Origin: an uncultured Hyphomicrobiales bacterium | GTDB taxonomy: Bacteria; Pseudomonadota; Alphaproteobacteria; Reyranellales; JAQSWP01 | Direction: 5' to 3' | Length of the DNA stretch: 64,000 nucleotides | Assembly: GCA_964458605.1 (NCBI GenBank) | Contig: CAYWLS010000005.1 | Location: 81,244-145,243 of the forward strand | Shown: positions 17,406-29,289 of the stretch, one piece after another | Layout: the number at the start of each line of letters is the position of its first letter | Numbering within the stretch: position 1 is the stretch's first letter | Program-made: the position numbers and the translations under genes | Notes under the pieces: model-generated | Databases searched by the model: none | Told to the model about the DNA's origin: nothing | The model's input: only the letters and a program-made list of their open reading frames with translations

Positions 17406-19558
17406 AGCCCGGCAAGCTGAAAATCGTCGGCGGCCTGGTCGGCCTGGCTTTCGTGGGCGGCGTGATCGTCGCCGCCTCGGCCGACAGTTCGGTCGACTAC
17501 AACAGCGGACCGATCTGGATCGGCTCGCCGACCGGCACCGCCACGCCAAACGCAGCGGCGGCCAAGCCGCCGGCCAGCGGCGTCAACCTGCCCCGGCTCG
17601 AACTGGCTTCGGCCGACACCACTTTCACGCCGTCGCTGTCCGACGCAGCGATTTCGCCGGCCATGGTCAAGGCCGACCGGCCGCCACAGCTCATCGCGCC
17701 GATCCTGACGCCGCCGGCGGCGGCGGCGGCCCCAGCGTCAACGCCGGCGGCTGCCACGGCGCCGGACAACGCTCCTGACGCCGACAAGCCTTCCACGGCC
17801 GCCGCGCCGGGCGCCGACGACAATACCAGGGCCGCGGCCACGAGCGCCGGCGACGGCAAGCCTCGCACGGACCAGGCGGCAGCGGATGTGAAGTCCGCCG
17901 CCGGCAACGGCCCAATGCCGGGAGACCAGCCCAACAAGGACGACAAGCCGACCGCTGCCGGCAACCCGGGCACCGACGCTCCCAAGCCGGTCGACGCCGC
18001 CGTCGCGCCGCCTGCCCCGCCGCAGGACGCCGATGCCGGCAAGCCGGTGCAGATGGCGCAGGCGGTGCCGTTCCTGACGCCGCCGAAGGCGGTGATCCCG
18101 CAGATCAATCCGGTCGCCCCGCGGCAGACGCAGCTCGCGCCGCCGGCCGGTGGCGGATCGCCCACGCCCACTTCCGCCGCAGCCGGCGCCACCCCGCCCG
18201 CCACGCCGGCCAGCGTCACCTTCACCGGAACCTCCGGAAAGGATCTGCGCATCGAGATCAATCGCGGCGCGCTGGTGCGTCTGGATACGCCGGCCGACAC
18301 CGTGTTCGTCGCCAACCCCGACATCGCCGACATCCAGGTCAAGTCGCCGCGCCTGATCTACGTGTTCGGCAAGCGCGCCGGCGAGACGGTGCTCTATGCC
18401 GTCGACGCCAACGACAACCTGCTGCTCAACACCCGCGTGGTGGTCGACCACAATTTGCAGGCGCTGCGCGCCGCCATTTCCAGCGTCGCGCCTGGCAGCG
18501 GCGTCAACGTCTCGTCCGCCGGCGACGCGCTGGTGATCGACGGTTCGGTGCGCACCGCGACCCAGGCCGAAGACATCCGCAAGCTGGCCGTGCGCTTCGC
18601 GCCCGGCGACGGCGCGGTGGTCAACAACCTGCATGTGGTGGCGCCCAACCAGGTCAATCTGCGGGTCCGCATCGCCGAAGTGTCGCGCGACACGCTCAAG
18701 CAGTTCGGCATCAACTGGGAGAACGCGGTCAAGCTCGGCGGCTTCGTGTTCGGCCTGGCCCAGGGCGCCAAGGTCATCGACGACAGCGGCGGCAACAACA
18801 ACGGCAAGATCATCGTCGGCAACAACGGCACCAACAGCATCGTCGGATCGTTCCGCAGCAGCCATGTCGATCTCAACACGGTGATCGACGCGCTGGCCAA
18901 CGAAAACCTCGTCACGGTGCTGGCCGAGCCCAACCTCACCGCGATGTCGGGCGAGACCGCCAACTTCCTGGCCGGCGGCGAATTCCCCATTCCGGTCGCC
19001 CAGTCGGGCACCAATGCCGGCGCCATCTCGGTCGACTTCAAGAAGTTCGGCGTCAGCCTCGCCTTCACCCCGACCGTGATCGACGGCAACCGCATCAACC
19101 TCAGGGTGCGTCCGGAAGTCAGCCAGCTATCGACAGTGGGCTCGGTCACCCTGAATGGCATCACCATTCCGGCGCTGACCACGCGCAACGCGGAGACCAC
19201 GGTCGAACTGGCCAGCGGCCAGAGCTTCGCCATCGCCGGCCTGCTGCAGCACAATTCGCAGCAGGACGCCAGCAAGACGCCGTTCCTGGGCGACGTGCCG
19301 ATCCTGGGTGCGCTGTTCAAGTCCGACCGCTACCAGCGCAACGAGACCGAACTGGTCATCGTCGTGACGCCATACCTGGTCAAGCCGGTGTCGGCCAACG
19401 CCGTGGCCACGCCGGTCGACGGGCTGACCCCGCCCACCGACGTGCAGCGCATCTTCTACGGCACCAAGAATCAGCAAAAGCTTCCCGAAGCCGGCAACGC
19501 GCCGCGCGGCCGCGACGGCAACACGGTGATCGGGCCGGCCGGTTTCCAGCTCGATTGA
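17402..19558 (+). CDS. cpaC: Flp pilus secretin CpaC with long Pro/Ala-rich N-terminal extension
   Basis: ATG 17402 overlaps the cpaB stop (ATGA) and is in frame within artefact ORF 16235..19558. Secretin motifs LAEPNLTAMSGETANFLAGGEFP and PFLGDVPILGALFKS are present. Confidence 0.9.
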   Translation: MKPGKLKIVGGLVGLAFVGGVIVAASADSSVDYNSGPIWIGSPTGTATPNAAAAKPPASGVNLPRLELASADTTFTPSLSDAAISPAMVKADRPPQLIAPILTPPAAAAAPASTPAAATAPDNAPDADKPSTAAAPGADDNTRAAATSAGDGKPRTDQAAADVKSAAGNGPMPGDQPNKDDKPTAAGNPGTDAPKPVDAAVAPPAPPQDADAGKPVQMAQAVPFLTPPKAVIPQINPVAPRQTQLAPPAGGGSPTPTSAAAGATPPATPASVTFTGTSGKDLRIEINRGALVRLDTPADTVFVANPDIADIQVKSPRLIYVFGKRAGETVLYAVDANDNLLLNTRVVVDHNLQALRAAISSVAPGSGVNVSSAGDALVIDGSVRTATQAEDIRKLAVRFAPGDGAVVNNLHVVAPNQVNLRVRIAEVSRDTLKQFGINWENAVKLGGFVFGLAQGAKVIDDSGGNNNGKIIVGNNGTNSIVGSFRSSHVDLNTVIDALANENLVTVLAEPNLTAMSGETANFLAGGEFPIPVAQSGTNAGAISVDFKKFGVSLAFTPTVIDGNRINLRVRPEVSQLSTVGSVTLNGITIPALTTRNAETTVELASGQSFAIAGLLQHNSQQDASKTPFLGDVPILGALFKSDRYQRNETELVIVVTPYLVKPVSANAVATPVDGLTPPTDVQRIFYGTKNQQKLPEAGNAPRGRDGNTVIGPAGFQLD

Positions 19559-19568
19559 TGGAGCAGTC

Positions 19569-20276
19569 ATGAATACCAGGTTCTCCATCCTTCCGATCGC
19601 CGCTCCGTTCGCCGCCCTGCTGCTCCTCGGCGCCTGCGACCTGCAGCCCGACATGAACGTACGGCCCGACTGGACGCCGGTGCAGGCGCCCAAGACCAAC
19701 CAGGTCTCGGTGGTCCACAACGACGTGGTGATCCCCTTCGCGCCGGGCACCGCGCGGCTGGGCGCCTCCGAAGCGGCGCAGCTCGACCGCTTCCTGGCGC
19801 GCGACAGCGCCAACCGTACCCAAGTCTCGGTGCTGGTCGGGCCCAACACCGGTCCCGCCCCGCTGGCCGCCCAGCGCGGCCGCGAGATCCAGACGCAGCT
19901 GGCGCGCCGCGGCATCGATTCGACCCTGGTCCATGGCGACAGCGACCGGCTGGCGGTCAACACGGTGCTGGTCTCGATCGACCGCTACGTCGTCACCACG
20001 CCGCACTGCCCCGACTTCAGCAAGTCGACCGAGAGCAACTACACCAACACGCCCGACAGCAATTTCGGCTGCGCCACGGCGCAGAATCTGGGCCTGATGG
20101 TGGCCGACCCGGCCGATCTGGTGCGCGGCCGGGACCTGGGCCCGCAGGACGGCACGCAGTCGGTGCTGGCCATCCAGCGCTACCGCACGGGCAAAGTGAT
20201 CAAGCCCGCTACCACCGATACCGGCAGCGGCGGCAGCGGCAGCAGCAGCAGCAGCAGTTCAAGCGGGTCCAACTGA
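19569..20276 (+). CDS. cpaD: pilus assembly lipoprotein CpaD
   Basis: Lipobox LLLGAC. CpaD-like HCPDFS..NFGCATAQNL region. Poly-Ser tail. Confidence 0.85.
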   Translation: MNTRFSILPIAAPFAALLLLGACDLQPDMNVRPDWTPVQAPKTNQVSVVHNDVVIPFAPGTARLGASEAAQLDRFLARDSANRTQVSVLVGPNTGPAPLAAQRGREIQTQLARRGIDSTLVHGDSDRLAVNTVLVSIDRYVVTTPHCPDFSKSTESNYTNTPDSNFGCATAQNLGLMVADPADLVRGRDLGPQDGTQSVLAIQRYRTGKVIKPATTDTGSGGSGSSSSSSSSGSN

Positions 20277-21520
20277 TGACCCCCACCGTCCGCCAGGGTC
20301 AAAACCTTTCGGACGCCCGGGAAATGCGGCAGATCGGGCGTGCCGCCGCATTCCTGCTGGATGCCGATGCGCCGATCGGCACGGTGCTCAATCGCGCCCT
20401 GACGGCGCGCGGCGTCGAATTGACGCTGCACTCCGGCGGGCTGGAGGCGGCGCTGGGCGAGGCCGGCCAGAATTTCGCCTACGACAGCATCATCGTCGAC
20501 GTGCGCCACGTCGAGGATCCGGTCGAGGACCTGGCGGCGCTGCAGTCGATCCTGCCGCGGCGCTGCCGCATGATCGCCTTCGCCGAACGCCTGACGTCGG
20601 ACGTCCACCGCGACCTGATCGATGCCGGCGCCTACGCCGTGCTCGACGTCACGCTTCGCCCCGACACGCTCGACGCGATCTTCGGCACGGTGATCCAGAC
20701 CTCGGACAACAGCAGCCACCACGTCGCCCCTTCGCCGCGCAAACGCGGCCGCGTCGTCGTCCTGCTCGGCACGCGCGGCGGCGTCGGCACCAGCACCGTG
20801 GCGGCGGGCCTGGCCTGGCTGATGGCCCAGGAGAGCGGCCGGGAGACCGCGCTGCTGGATCTCGACCCGTTTTTCGGCTCCACCGCCCTGGCGCTGAACA
20901 TCGACCCGGGCGACGGCATGCGCCAGGCGCTGGAACGTCCGTCCCGACTGGACTCGGTGTTCGTCGACCGCGCCGTGCGCAAGATCGGCGACCGGCTCTA
21001 CGTGCTGAGCACGGAAAACGCGCTCGAGCAACCGCTCGAAACCGACGACAAGGCGCCGGTGGCGCTGGTCGAGGCGCTGCGCAACCAGTACGAACGCGTG
21101 GTGGTCGACCTGCCGCGCGGCCCGCGCGCCTGGCAGGCGGCGGTGCTGACGCGGGCCGACGAGGTGCTGCTGGTCACCGACCTGTCGCTGGCCGGCGCCC
21201 GCGACACCATGCGGCTGCTGGCATTCTGCCGCCACTGTTCCAGCTCGTCGCGTATCCGCATCGTCGTGGGCGGCGCGCGCCAGCCGCAGAACGAGATGCT
21301 CGATCTCAACGAGTTCCGCCGCGCCGTGGGCGCGCCGGTCGAGCTCAACATTCCATTCGACGCGGCGGCCGCCATGGCGGCGGGCCGGCGCGGCCAGCCG
21401 GTGCCCAAGGCCGGTCCGCGCAGTCCCGCCGGCAAGGCCTATCGCACCCTGCTCACCACGCTCGAAGGAGCCGGCGAGAGCCAGGGCAAGGGCCGTCGCC
21501 TGTTGCCGTGGCGGCGCTAA
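20276..21520 (+). CDS. cpaE: CpaE/TadZ pilus-assembly ATPase-like protein (receiver-like N-domain plus MinD/ParA-like domain)
   Basis: ATG overlaps the cpaD stop by 1 nt. Deviant Walker A GTRGGVGTSTVAAGLA. Confidence 0.88.
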   Translation: MTPTVRQGQNLSDAREMRQIGRAAAFLLDADAPIGTVLNRALTARGVELTLHSGGLEAALGEAGQNFAYDSIIVDVRHVEDPVEDLAALQSILPRRCRMIAFAERLTSDVHRDLIDAGAYAVLDVTLRPDTLDAIFGTVIQTSDNSSHHVAPSPRKRGRVVVLLGTRGGVGTSTVAAGLAWLMAQESGRETALLDLDPFFGSTALALNIDPGDGMRQALERPSRLDSVFVDRAVRKIGDRLYVLSTENALEQPLETDDKAPVALVEALRNQYERVVVDLPRGPRAWQAAVLTRADEVLLVTDLSLAGARDTMRLLAFCRHCSSSSRIRIVVGGARQPQNEMLDLNEFRRAVGAPVELNIPFDAAAAMAAGRRGQPVPKAGPRSPAGKAYRTLLTTLEGAGESQGKGRRLLPWRR

Positions 21521-21535
21521 CAAGGGGGAAGGAAG

Positions 21536-23451
<1,916 letters not shown>

Positions 23452-23455
<4 letters not shown>

Positions 23456-24420
23456 GCGCCGATCTCACCTCGCTGATGCCGCTGCTGGTGGGCGGCGCGC
23501 TCGGCCTGATCGCGCTGCTGGTCGGGCTGGCGTTCTTCACCGGCCGCACCCGCCGCGTGGTGGCGCTGCCGACACCGATCAAGGACGGCCCGCCGCTGCC
23601 CTCGCTGCGTCGCGACGAATCCGACAGCGGCATCACCGCCGTCGATCGCGCCGTCAAGCGCTGGCTGCCGCGCCGCGTCGCCTTGCGCGACCGGCTGGAG
23701 CGCACCGGCTACGGCATCTCGGTCGGCAGCTTCGTCATGGTCTGCGGCATCCTGGTCGGCATCATGCTGCTGATCGAAACCCGCATGTTCCAGCTGCCGT
23801 TCCTGGCGGCGCTGCTGCTGTCGTTCACCGTCGGCGTCGGCATTCCCTACTTCATCGTCGGCATACTAGGCGCGCGCCGGCTCGACCGGTTCAACCGGCT
23901 GTTTCCCGACGGGCTCGACATCATGGTGCGCGGCCTGCGCTCGGGCATGCCGCTGCAGGACAGCATCGCGGTGGTGTCGCGCGAAATCGGCGATCCGGTG
24001 GGCAGCGAGTTCCGCCGCGTGCAGCAGGCGGTCGAGTTCGGCCAGCCGCTCGACCTGGCGCTGGCCGATGCCGCGCAGCGCATCAAGACCACCGAGTTCC
24101 AGTTCTTCGTCGTCAGCCTGGCGCTGCAGCGCGAGACCGGCGGCAACCTGGGCGAGACGCTGGCCAACCTGTCCGACATATTGCGGCGGCGCCAGCAGAT
24201 GAAGCTGAAGATCAAGGCGATGTCGTCGGAGGCTCGCGCCAGCGCAGCGATCATCGGCGCCCTGCCCTTCATCATGTTCGGCATCCTGGTGATGGTGAAC
24301 GAACACTACGTCATGAAGCTGTTCAACGACCCGCGCGGCATGGTGATGATGGGCGTCGGCCTGGTGGCGATCCTGATCGGCATCGGCGTCATGATGAAGA
24401 TGATGAGGTTCGAGATATGA
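23452..24420 (+). CDS. tadB: type II secretion system F-family inner-membrane protein TadB
   Basis: ATG 23452 overlaps the cpaF stop (ATGA). T2SSF-like membrane protein. Confidence 0.88.
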
Positions 24421-25391
24421 AGATCGTCGACCTCCTGCCGGCCGGCGTGACGCCGGAAGACGCCGTGGTCGGCATGGCAGCCATGACCGCCGCCGTCACC
24501 ACGCTGGCGATCTGGAACACGCTGATCGTGCGCGACCGCTTCGGGCCCCGGCTGCGCCTGCTGTCGCGGCGCCGCGCCGCGATGCGCGGCGAATACCTGG
24601 CCGGACCGGACGGCTCGACCAACAGCCCGACCATGAACGGCATCCGCCGCCTGGTGGCCAAGCTCAAGCTGATCAAGGGCAAGGATGCCGAGAAGGCCGC
24701 CGCGCTGCTGGCCGGCGCCGGCATGCGCACCAAGGACGCGCTGGCCGTCTACCAGTTCATGCGGCTGTGCCTGCCCTTCGCCTTCGGCGCGGTCGGCCTG
24801 CTGCTGTTCTACGTGCTGCAGGTGCCCAAGCTCGGCGACGGCCTGCGCGCCTTGCTGACCATGGTGCTGGTCGTGCTCGGCGGCTATGCGCCCAAGGTCT
24901 ACATCAAGAACGCCACGCACAAGCGGCGTCACCAGCTCACGCGCGCCCTGCCCGACACGCTGGACCTGCTGGTGATCTCGGCCGAGGCCGGCCTCAGCCT
25001 GGATGCCGCCTTCAGCCGCGTGTCGAAGGAGCTGGGGCCGGCCTGGCCGGAGATGGCCGACGAGCTGTCGCTGACCGCGATCGAGCTCACCTACCTGTCC
25101 GACCGCCGCCGCGCCATGGACAACCTGGCCCAGCGCGTCGACCTGGAATCGATCCGCGCCGTGATCAACACCCTGCGCCAGAGCGAGAAGTACGGCACGC
25201 CGCTGGCCCAGTCGCTGCGCGTGCTGAGCGCCGAGTTCCGCAACGCGCGCATGATGAAGGCCGAGGAAAAGGCCGCCCGCCTGCCGGTGCTGATGACGCT
25301 GCCGATGGTGCTGTTCATCCTGCCGCCGCTGTTCATCGTGCTGATCGGACCGGCGATCCTCGAAACCATCGATCAGCTTTCCAAGCTGTAG
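24417..25391 (+). CDS. tadC: type II secretion system F-family inner-membrane protein TadC
   Basis: ATGA overlap with tadB. T2SSF domain and C-terminal TM pair. Confidence 0.88.
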   Translation: MKIVDLLPAGVTPEDAVVGMAAMTAAVTTLAIWNTLIVRDRFGPRLRLLSRRRAAMRGEYLAGPDGSTNSPTMNGIRRLVAKLKLIKGKDAEKAAALLAGAGMRTKDALAVYQFMRLCLPFAFGAVGLLLFYVLQVPKLGDGLRALLTMVLVVLGGYAPKVYIKNATHKRRHQLTRALPDTLDLLVISAEAGLSLDAAFSRVSKELGPAWPEMADELSLTAIELTYLSDRRRAMDNLAQRVDLESIRAVINTLRQSEKYGTPLAQSLRVLSAEFRNARMMKAEEKAARLPVLMTLPMVLFILPPLFIVLIGPAILETIDQLSKL

Positions 25392-25399
25392 CACCGACC

Positions 25400-25999
25400 A
25401 TGGCCGCGCCGCTGACATCGCGTTACGCAATCTGGCGACACTTCCGCCGCCTGGCGGCCGATCGCACGGCCGGCGCCGCCATCGAGTTCGCCTTCGCGGC
25501 CCCGCTTCTCATCGTGTTCCTGCTCGGCATCATCGAGGTGGCGATGGCGCTGTTCGCCAGCTCGCTGCTGGAAGCCAGCGTGCGCGAGGCGGCGCGCTAC
25601 GGCATCACGGGCTACACCTATAGCGGCGTCAGCCGCGAAACGGTGATCCGCAACATCGTGGCCAACGACACGGTCGGCCTGATCGACATCAACAAGGTGA
25701 CGGTCAGCAGCCTGACCTACAAGTCCTTCACCCAGATCGGCCAGCCCGAGCCCTATACCGACAGCAATCACAACGGCCAATGGGATTCCGGCGAGGCCTA
25801 TACCGACATCAACGGCAACGGCAAATGGGACGCCGACATGGGCGCATCCGGCGCCGGCGGGCCGGGCGACGTCGTGCTCTACACGGTGTCCTACAGCTGG
25901 CCGCTGATCACCGGCTACCTGTCGGACGCCATGGGTCTGCACATCCCGCTCAGCGCCAGCTACGCCGTGCGCAACGAACCGTGGAACCCGGGTTCCTGA
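25400..25999 (+). CDS. TadE/TadF-like pseudopilin
   Basis: ATG 25400 inside artefact ORF 24767..25999. TadE N-terminal motif GAAIEFAFAAPLLIVFLLGIIE. Confidence 0.82.
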   Translation: MAAPLTSRYAIWRHFRRLAADRTAGAAIEFAFAAPLLIVFLLGIIEVAMALFASSLLEASVREAARYGITGYTYSGVSRETVIRNIVANDTVGLIDINKVTVSSLTYKSFTQIGQPEPYTDSNHNGQWDSGEAYTDINGNGKWDADMGASGAGGPGDVVLYTVSYSWPLITGYLSDAMGLHIPLSASYAVRNEPWNPGS

Positions 26000-26001
26000 C
26001 C

Positions 26002-26640
26002 ATGGCGCCGACCACGCCCCATAGCCCGCGCGCCGCCACGGCGGGGCTGAAGCACCGCCTGGTGCGGCGCTGCGGCCGGCTGGCCGCGGCGTGGCGCCAG
26101 GGCCTGCGACGCCTGCGGCGCGATCGCTCCGGCGCGATCCTGGTCGAATTCGCCATCTGCCTGCCGCTGCTGATGGCGGTGCTGCTCTACGGCGTCGACC
26201 TGTCGCGCCTGATCATCGCCAGCCAGAAGATGGATCGCGTCGCCGCCGGCATGGGCGACCTGGTGGCCCAGGCCAATACCCTGAGCAGCACCGACCTGAC
26301 CAACATCTACGCCGCGGTCAACTACGTCGCCAAGCCGTTCGACTTCACCCATGACGGCGTGGTGATCCTGAGCTCGGTCAGCCTGGTCGGCGGCACGCTC
26401 AAGATCAACTGGCAGTCGCGCGGCGGCGGCAGCCTCGACGTCGCCAGCAAGATCGGCGTGTCCGGCGGCACCGCCACCCTGCCCAGCGGGCTGACCATCA
26501 CCGACAGCAATACGCTGATCGTCGCCGAGGTGTTCTTCAATTTCACGCCGCTGTTCGAACTGCCGCTGGTGCCGGCCAACCAGCTCTACCACACTGCCTT
26601 CTTCCGCCCGCGCCTGGGCGACCTGACCACCCTGAACTGA
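26002..26640 (+). CDS. TadE/TadF-like pseudopilin
   Basis: ATG 26002 lies 2 nt after the preceding stop. Motif SGAILVEFAICLPLLMAVLLYGVD. Confidence 0.8.
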   Translation: MAPTTPHSPRAATAGLKHRLVRRCGRLAAAWRQGLRRLRRDRSGAILVEFAICLPLLMAVLLYGVDLSRLIIASQKMDRVAAGMGDLVAQANTLSSTDLTNIYAAVNYVAKPFDFTHDGVVILSSVSLVGGTLKINWQSRGGGSLDVASKIGVSGGTATLPSGLTITDSNTLIVAEVFFNFTPLFELPLVPANQLYHTAFFRPRLGDLTTLN

Positions 26641-26642
26641 CC

Positions 26643-28208
26643 ATGGCCCGCCCCCCCGACCTCGAATCCCCGCGTCTCCGCCTCGATCGGGCGAGCGCCG
26701 GCCGCAGGCTGGCCGCAATGGCACGCCGCCTGCGTGGCGACCAGCGCGGCAGCACGGCCATCTTCGTGGCGCTGGGCATGGTGGCGCTGATCGCCGCCAT
26801 GGGCACGGCGATCGACGCCGGCCGCGGCTATCTGGTGAAGGCCCGCCTGTCGCAGGCGCTCGACGCCGCCGGCCTGGCGGGCGGACGCGTCATTTACGGG
26901 GCGTCGCTCAACAGCGACATCCAGATGTTCTTCAATGCCAACTTCCCGACCTCCTATCTCGACGCCACGGTCAGCGGCCCGACCATCTCCGTCAATGCCG
27001 ATGCCGGCACGATCGATCTCAGCGCCAGCGCCACGGTGCCGACCACCTTCATGCGGCTGGTCGGCCTCAACAGCATGACCATCAAGGCCCAGACCACCGT
27101 GCAGCGCACCAATCGGGGCATGGAACTGGTGCTGGTGATGGACAACACCGGCTCGATGGCCTCCAACACCGGCTCCGGCACCCCGACCAAGATCCAGGCC
27201 ATGAAGGACGCCGCCACCAGCCTGGTGAACATCCTCTACGGCAGCAACGAAACGCAGAACAATTTCTGGGTCGGACTGGTACCTTACGTGGCCACGGTCA
27301 ACATCGGCACATCGCATACGTCCTGGCTGACGGGCTACAATGCCGCGAGCTATTCGCCCGGCACCTGGAAAGGCTGCGTCGAGGCCCGCTCCTCGCCCTA
27401 CGAGGAGGACAAGGCGGAGACCCTGCCGTCGTCGGTGAAATGGACGCCCTTCCTGTGGGTGTCGACCAAGGGGATCGTCTACAAGGGCAGCGACGGCAGG
27501 ATCGCCAAGGATACCAGCGGCAATACGGCCACCGGCGACAACAACTGGACGCCGATCAACGAGACCACGGGTGCAGGCAACAACGCAACGGGCCCCAATC
27601 TCGGCTGCGGCCCGGCGATCACGCCGCTGCAGCCCAACAAGAGCACCGTGCTGACCGCGATCAGCGACATGGGGCCATGGAGCCGCGGCGGCACCATGGG
27701 CAATCTGGGCCTGGCCTGGGCCTGGCGCGTGCTGAGCCCGACCTGGCGCGGCATGTGGGGCAGTCCCTCGCCGTCCAACCTGCCGCTCGACTACAACACC
27801 GCCCTGATCGACAAGGTGGTGGTGATGCTGACCGACGGTGTGAACCAGTGGTACGACTGGGACGGCCATCCCCCTGGCTGCGCCGGCATCCAGAACTGCA
27901 AGCTGCCGGCCGATGCCGACTACACCGCCTATGGCCGCCTGTCGGAAAAGCGGCTGGGCACCAGCAGCAACAGCACGGCAACGACAACCATCAATTCGCG
28001 CATGACCACGCTGTGCACGGCGATGAAGGCCAAGGGCATCATCATCTACACCATCGTGCTGCAGGAAAACGACACCGCGACACAGAACCTCTACAAGAAC
28101 TGCGCCACCAAGCCGTCCTATTTCTTCTCTTCGCCCTCCTCCTCCGACCTGGCGGCGATCTTCAAGCAGATCGCCACCCAGCTCTCCAACCTGCGCGTCG
28201 CGCAATAG
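26643..28208 (+). CDS. tadG: TadG-like pilus protein with von Willebrand factor A domain
   Basis: TadG N-terminal motif GSTAIFVALGMVALIAAMGTAIDAGR. vWA MIDAS-like LVLVMDNTGSM. Confidence 0.85.
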   Translation: MARPPDLESPRLRLDRASAGRRLAAMARRLRGDQRGSTAIFVALGMVALIAAMGTAIDAGRGYLVKARLSQALDAAGLAGGRVIYGASLNSDIQMFFNANFPTSYLDATVSGPTISVNADAGTIDLSASATVPTTFMRLVGLNSMTIKAQTTVQRTNRGMELVLVMDNTGSMASNTGSGTPTKIQAMKDAATSLVNILYGSNETQNNFWVGLVPYVATVNIGTSHTSWLTGYNAASYSPGTWKGCVEARSSPYEEDKAETLPSSVKWTPFLWVSTKGIVYKGSDGRIAKDTSGNTATGDNNWTPINETTGAGNNATGPNLGCGPAITPLQPNKSTVLTAISDMGPWSRGGTMGNLGLAWAWRVLSPTWRGMWGSPSPSNLPLDYNTALIDKVVVMLTDGVNQWYDWDGHPPGCAGIQNCKLPADADYTAYGRLSEKRLGTSSNSTATTTINSRMTTLCTAMKAKGIIIYTIVLQENDTATQNLYKNCATKPSYFFSSPSSSDLAAIFKQIATQLSNLRVAQ

Positions 28209-28373
28209 CATCGTCCGGCAGCATCGCCTCGAACCAGCGCGCGACTGGAGGTCATCGCCGCTGGCACAAATAAACGCACAATCGATGCAAATAATTGCAC
28301 GCCAGCCTTACTCGAATTATTAGCCCTGCCGCGCAAATTCATGATATATAATGGGAAAGTCTGATTGGATTGC

Positions 28374-29219
28374 ATGATGTCTCGATGGCTCCTCCTCGCA
28401 ACGCTCGCGGTCGCCCTGGGGGCGGCCGTGGGCGGTTGCGCCGAGAGCGATCCGATGAACGCCTCGACTCGCGACGCCAACGGCACCGATGTCGCCAGCT
28501 ACGGCTCGCTGATGCGGGTGGCCGACGCGACGCGCGTGGCGGGCGACCTGCCCGGCGCGGTGGCGCTCTATCGCCGCGCCGCCACCGCCAAGCCGACCGC
28601 GGTCGATCCGCATGTCCGGCTGGGCGAGACGCTGACCCAGATGCGCGCCTACAACGAGGCCATCAACTCGTTCAAATGGGCGCTGCAGCTCGATCCCAAG
28701 AACGCCGACGCCATGCGCGGCTGGGGCCATGCCCTGGTCGGGCTCGACCAGTTGCCGCTCGCCGCCACGCAATACCAGGCGGCGCTGGCGATCAACCCCA
28801 ACGACTACCGCACCCTGAACGGGCTGGGCGTCATCAACGACATGCAGGGCAACCACGCCCAGGCCCAGGGCTACTACCAGCGCGGCCTGCAGATCGCGCC
28901 GGGCAATCTGGCGCTGCAGAACAATTACGGCCTGTCGCTGGCGCTGTCGGGCAACTACGACGAATCGATCCGGGTGCTGCGCGCGGTGGCGGTCAATCCG
29001 GCGGCGACGGCGCGCAATCGGCTGAACCTGGCGCTGGCCTATGGCCTGGCCAACCAGCCCGACGAGGCGGCGGGCGCCTCGCGCAACGATCTCGACGCGG
29101 TGTCGATCCAGCGCAATCTCGAATACTACGCGACCTTGCGCGCCATGAGCCAGGAACAGCGCAGCAGCGCCATCCGCAGCAATCCCAACTACTTCCCGCG
29201 CGGCTCGGGTGTCCAGTAG
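28374..29219 (+). CDS. tadD: TPR-repeat lipoprotein (TadD-like)
   Basis: Signal and lipobox LGAAVGGC followed by several TPR repeats. ATG 28374 preferred over TTG 28365. Confidence 0.78.
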   Translation: MMSRWLLLATLAVALGAAVGGCAESDPMNASTRDANGTDVASYGSLMRVADATRVAGDLPGAVALYRRAATAKPTAVDPHVRLGETLTQMRAYNEAINSFKWALQLDPKNADAMRGWGHALVGLDQLPLAATQYQAALAINPNDYRTLNGLGVINDMQGNHAQAQGYYQRGLQIAPGNLALQNNYGLSLALSGNYDESIRVLRAVAVNPAATARNRLNLALAYGLANQPDEAAGASRNDLDAVSIQRNLEYYATLRAMSQEQRSSAIRSNPNYFPRGSGVQ

Positions 29220-29289
29220 CGGCGTCCAGTAGCGGCGTCCGACGAGGACGCCCGGCAGAGACGCCCGGGAGCTGGCCGCCGCCTAGTCC

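Noticed and set aside
20241-20258. (AGC)n microsatellite at the 3' end of cpaD as a phase-variation switch.
   Set aside because: It is a trinucleotide repeat encoding a poly-Ser tail. Slippage would stay in frame, so an on/off switch is unlikely.
29211-29236. Exact 13-bp tandem duplication GTCCAGTAGCGGC x2 spanning the tadD-like stop codon.
   Set aside because: It is a small local duplication without obvious consequence. The first copy already provides the stop. It is noted only as a possible slippage scar.
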